Both the position numbers and the translations under genes were made by a program. The notes under the pieces were generated by a model. The model was given only the letters and a program-made list of their open reading frames with translations. It was not told the DNA's origin and did no database searches. Shown here one piece after another: positions 28,301 through 28,627 of a DNA stretch of 28,627 bases. The DNA comes from Actinomycetes bacterium (GTDB taxonomy: Bacteria > Actinomycetota > Actinomycetes > Actinomycetales > Cellulomonadaceae), in the NCBI GenBank assembly GCA_023425905.1, contig JAFABT010000010.1, positions 1 to 28,627 on the forward strand. The letters are read 5' to 3'. The first letter of the stretch is position 1. Each line of letters begins with the position of its first letter.

Positions 28301-28627
28301 GAGCTACCTCTACGGCCTCACGGCGGGGGAGGAGGTCGAGATCGTCCTCGACCGCGGTGTGCGGCTGCTCGTGGGCCTCGAGGCCGTCGGCGAGCCCGAC
28401 CCGCGCGGGATGCGGACGGTGATGTTCACGCTCAATGGACAGCTTCGTCCCATCCAGGTGCGAGACCGGAACGTCGAGGTGGACGTCGTCGCGGCCGAGA
28501 AGGCCGATCCGGGCCGTCCGGGCCACATCGCGTCGCCGTTCGCAGGGGCGGTGTCGCCCGCGGTCCAGGAGGGGCAGAAGGTCTCCGCGGGTCAGACGGT
28601 CGCGACGATCGAGGCGATGAAGATGGA
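25326..28627 (+). CDS. pyc: Pyruvate carboxylase, 3' truncated by the window
   Basis: Read directly: GTG at 25326 gives MFSKVLVANRAEIAVRAFRAAYEL; YPGYGFLSEN, RDCSVQRRHQK, EMNPRIQVEH, DTTFRDAHQS, HLHTHD, KVTPSSKVVGD. The biotinyl EAMKM at 28611-28625 is in the same frame as the start. Confidence 0.97.
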   Translation, partial: MFSKVLVANRAEIAVRAFRAAYELGARTVAVFPHEDRNSEHRLKADEAYPIGEIDHPVRAYLDIDEMVRVAKESGADAVYPGYGFLSENPEFARACAAAGLVFVGPPAEVLELAGNKVSALAAARAAGIPVLPSSAPSSDVDELLAAADEVGFPIFVKAVAGGGGRGMRRVDTREELPEALSAAMREAKGAFGDPTVFLERAVLRPRHIEVQILADGAGNVVHLFERDCSVQRRHQKVIEIAPAPNLDEATREALCRDAVAFARAIGYQNAGTVEFLLDTVGERAGEHVFIEMNPRIQVEHTVTEEVTDIDLVSAQMKIASGMTLTDLGITQESVRVNGFALQTRITTEDPSNGFRPDTGRIIGYRSPGGAGVRLDGATATAGADISGHFDSMLVKLTCRGRDYATAVNRARRALAEFRIRGIRTNIPFLQAVLADDTFIAGDLSTSFIDERPELLATRRSADRGTKLLGFLGDVTVNRPYGPSPVTIAPRAKLPEVDLTEPAPPGSRQRLLELGPEGFARSLREQKALAVTDTTFRDAHQSLLATRVRTYDLVTAAGHVARTTPQLLSVEAWGGATYDVALRFLGEDPWERLASLREALPNVAIQMLLRGRNTVGYTPYPTEVTEAFVREATATGIDIFRIFDALNDVEQMRPAIEAVRAAGSPIAEVALCYTGNLLDPAEDLYTLDYYLRLAERIVEAGAHVLAIKDMAGLLRPAAAATLVSALRERFDLPVHLHTHDTTGGQLATLLAASDAGVDAVDAASAAMGGTTSQPPMSALVAGLEHTGRDTGLSLQAVCDLEPYWESVRRLYNPFESGLPGPTGRVYEHEIPGGQLSNLRQQAIALGLGDQFEKVEATYAAADRILGRLVKVTPSSKVVGDLALALVGRDVDPADFASDPGSVDVPDSVIGFLQGELGTPPGGWPEPFRTRALAGRASHAPRVAELTAQDRADLEGDAATRRNRLNHLLFPSPTKDFEQTRATYGDVAVLDTTSYLYGLTAGEEVEIVLDRGVRLLVGLEAVGEPDPRGMRTVMFTLNGQLRPIQVRDRNVEVDVVAAEKADPGRPGHIASPFAGAVSPAVQEGQKVSAGQTVATIEAMKM

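Noticed and set aside
25203..28526. 1107-aa minus-strand ORF
   Set aside because: Antisense shadow of pyruvate carboxylase, typical of high-GC codon bias; no motifs.

Overview
High-GC actinobacterial chromosome segment (Micrococcales/Cellulomonadaceae-like, judged from gene content and a Cex-type xylanase). Left part: truncated ABC ATPase, tRNA-Pro(GGG), then an accessory-looking block with a DUF3817 membrane protein, a 65-aa ORF, a CBM22-GH10-PT-CBM2 xylanase, a DAG-kinase-family protein, a three-gene SPFH-SHOCT / double zinc-ribbon / small membrane protein operon, a frameshifted MalY/PatB lyase, a DUF4914-like protein with PEP-carboxykinase-type motifs and an App1-family phosphatase. Middle: Zur-like Fur regulator with a 31-bp duplicated 3' end, HU, a CxC-H-H hypothetical, threonine aldolase, DeaD helicase and an RNB ribonuclease. 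Right part: the conserved pgsA2-DUF881-sbp-DUF881-garA-MerR-nuclease-MerR cluster (no gcvH), an orphan ParA and pyruvate carboxylase (runs off the window, absent from the ORF track). No integrase, transposase or CRISPR array seen. The best leads are the PEPCK-like DUF4914 enzyme and the PspA-less SPFH/zinc-ribbon module. All family calls come from recognising motifs by eye; no database search was run.
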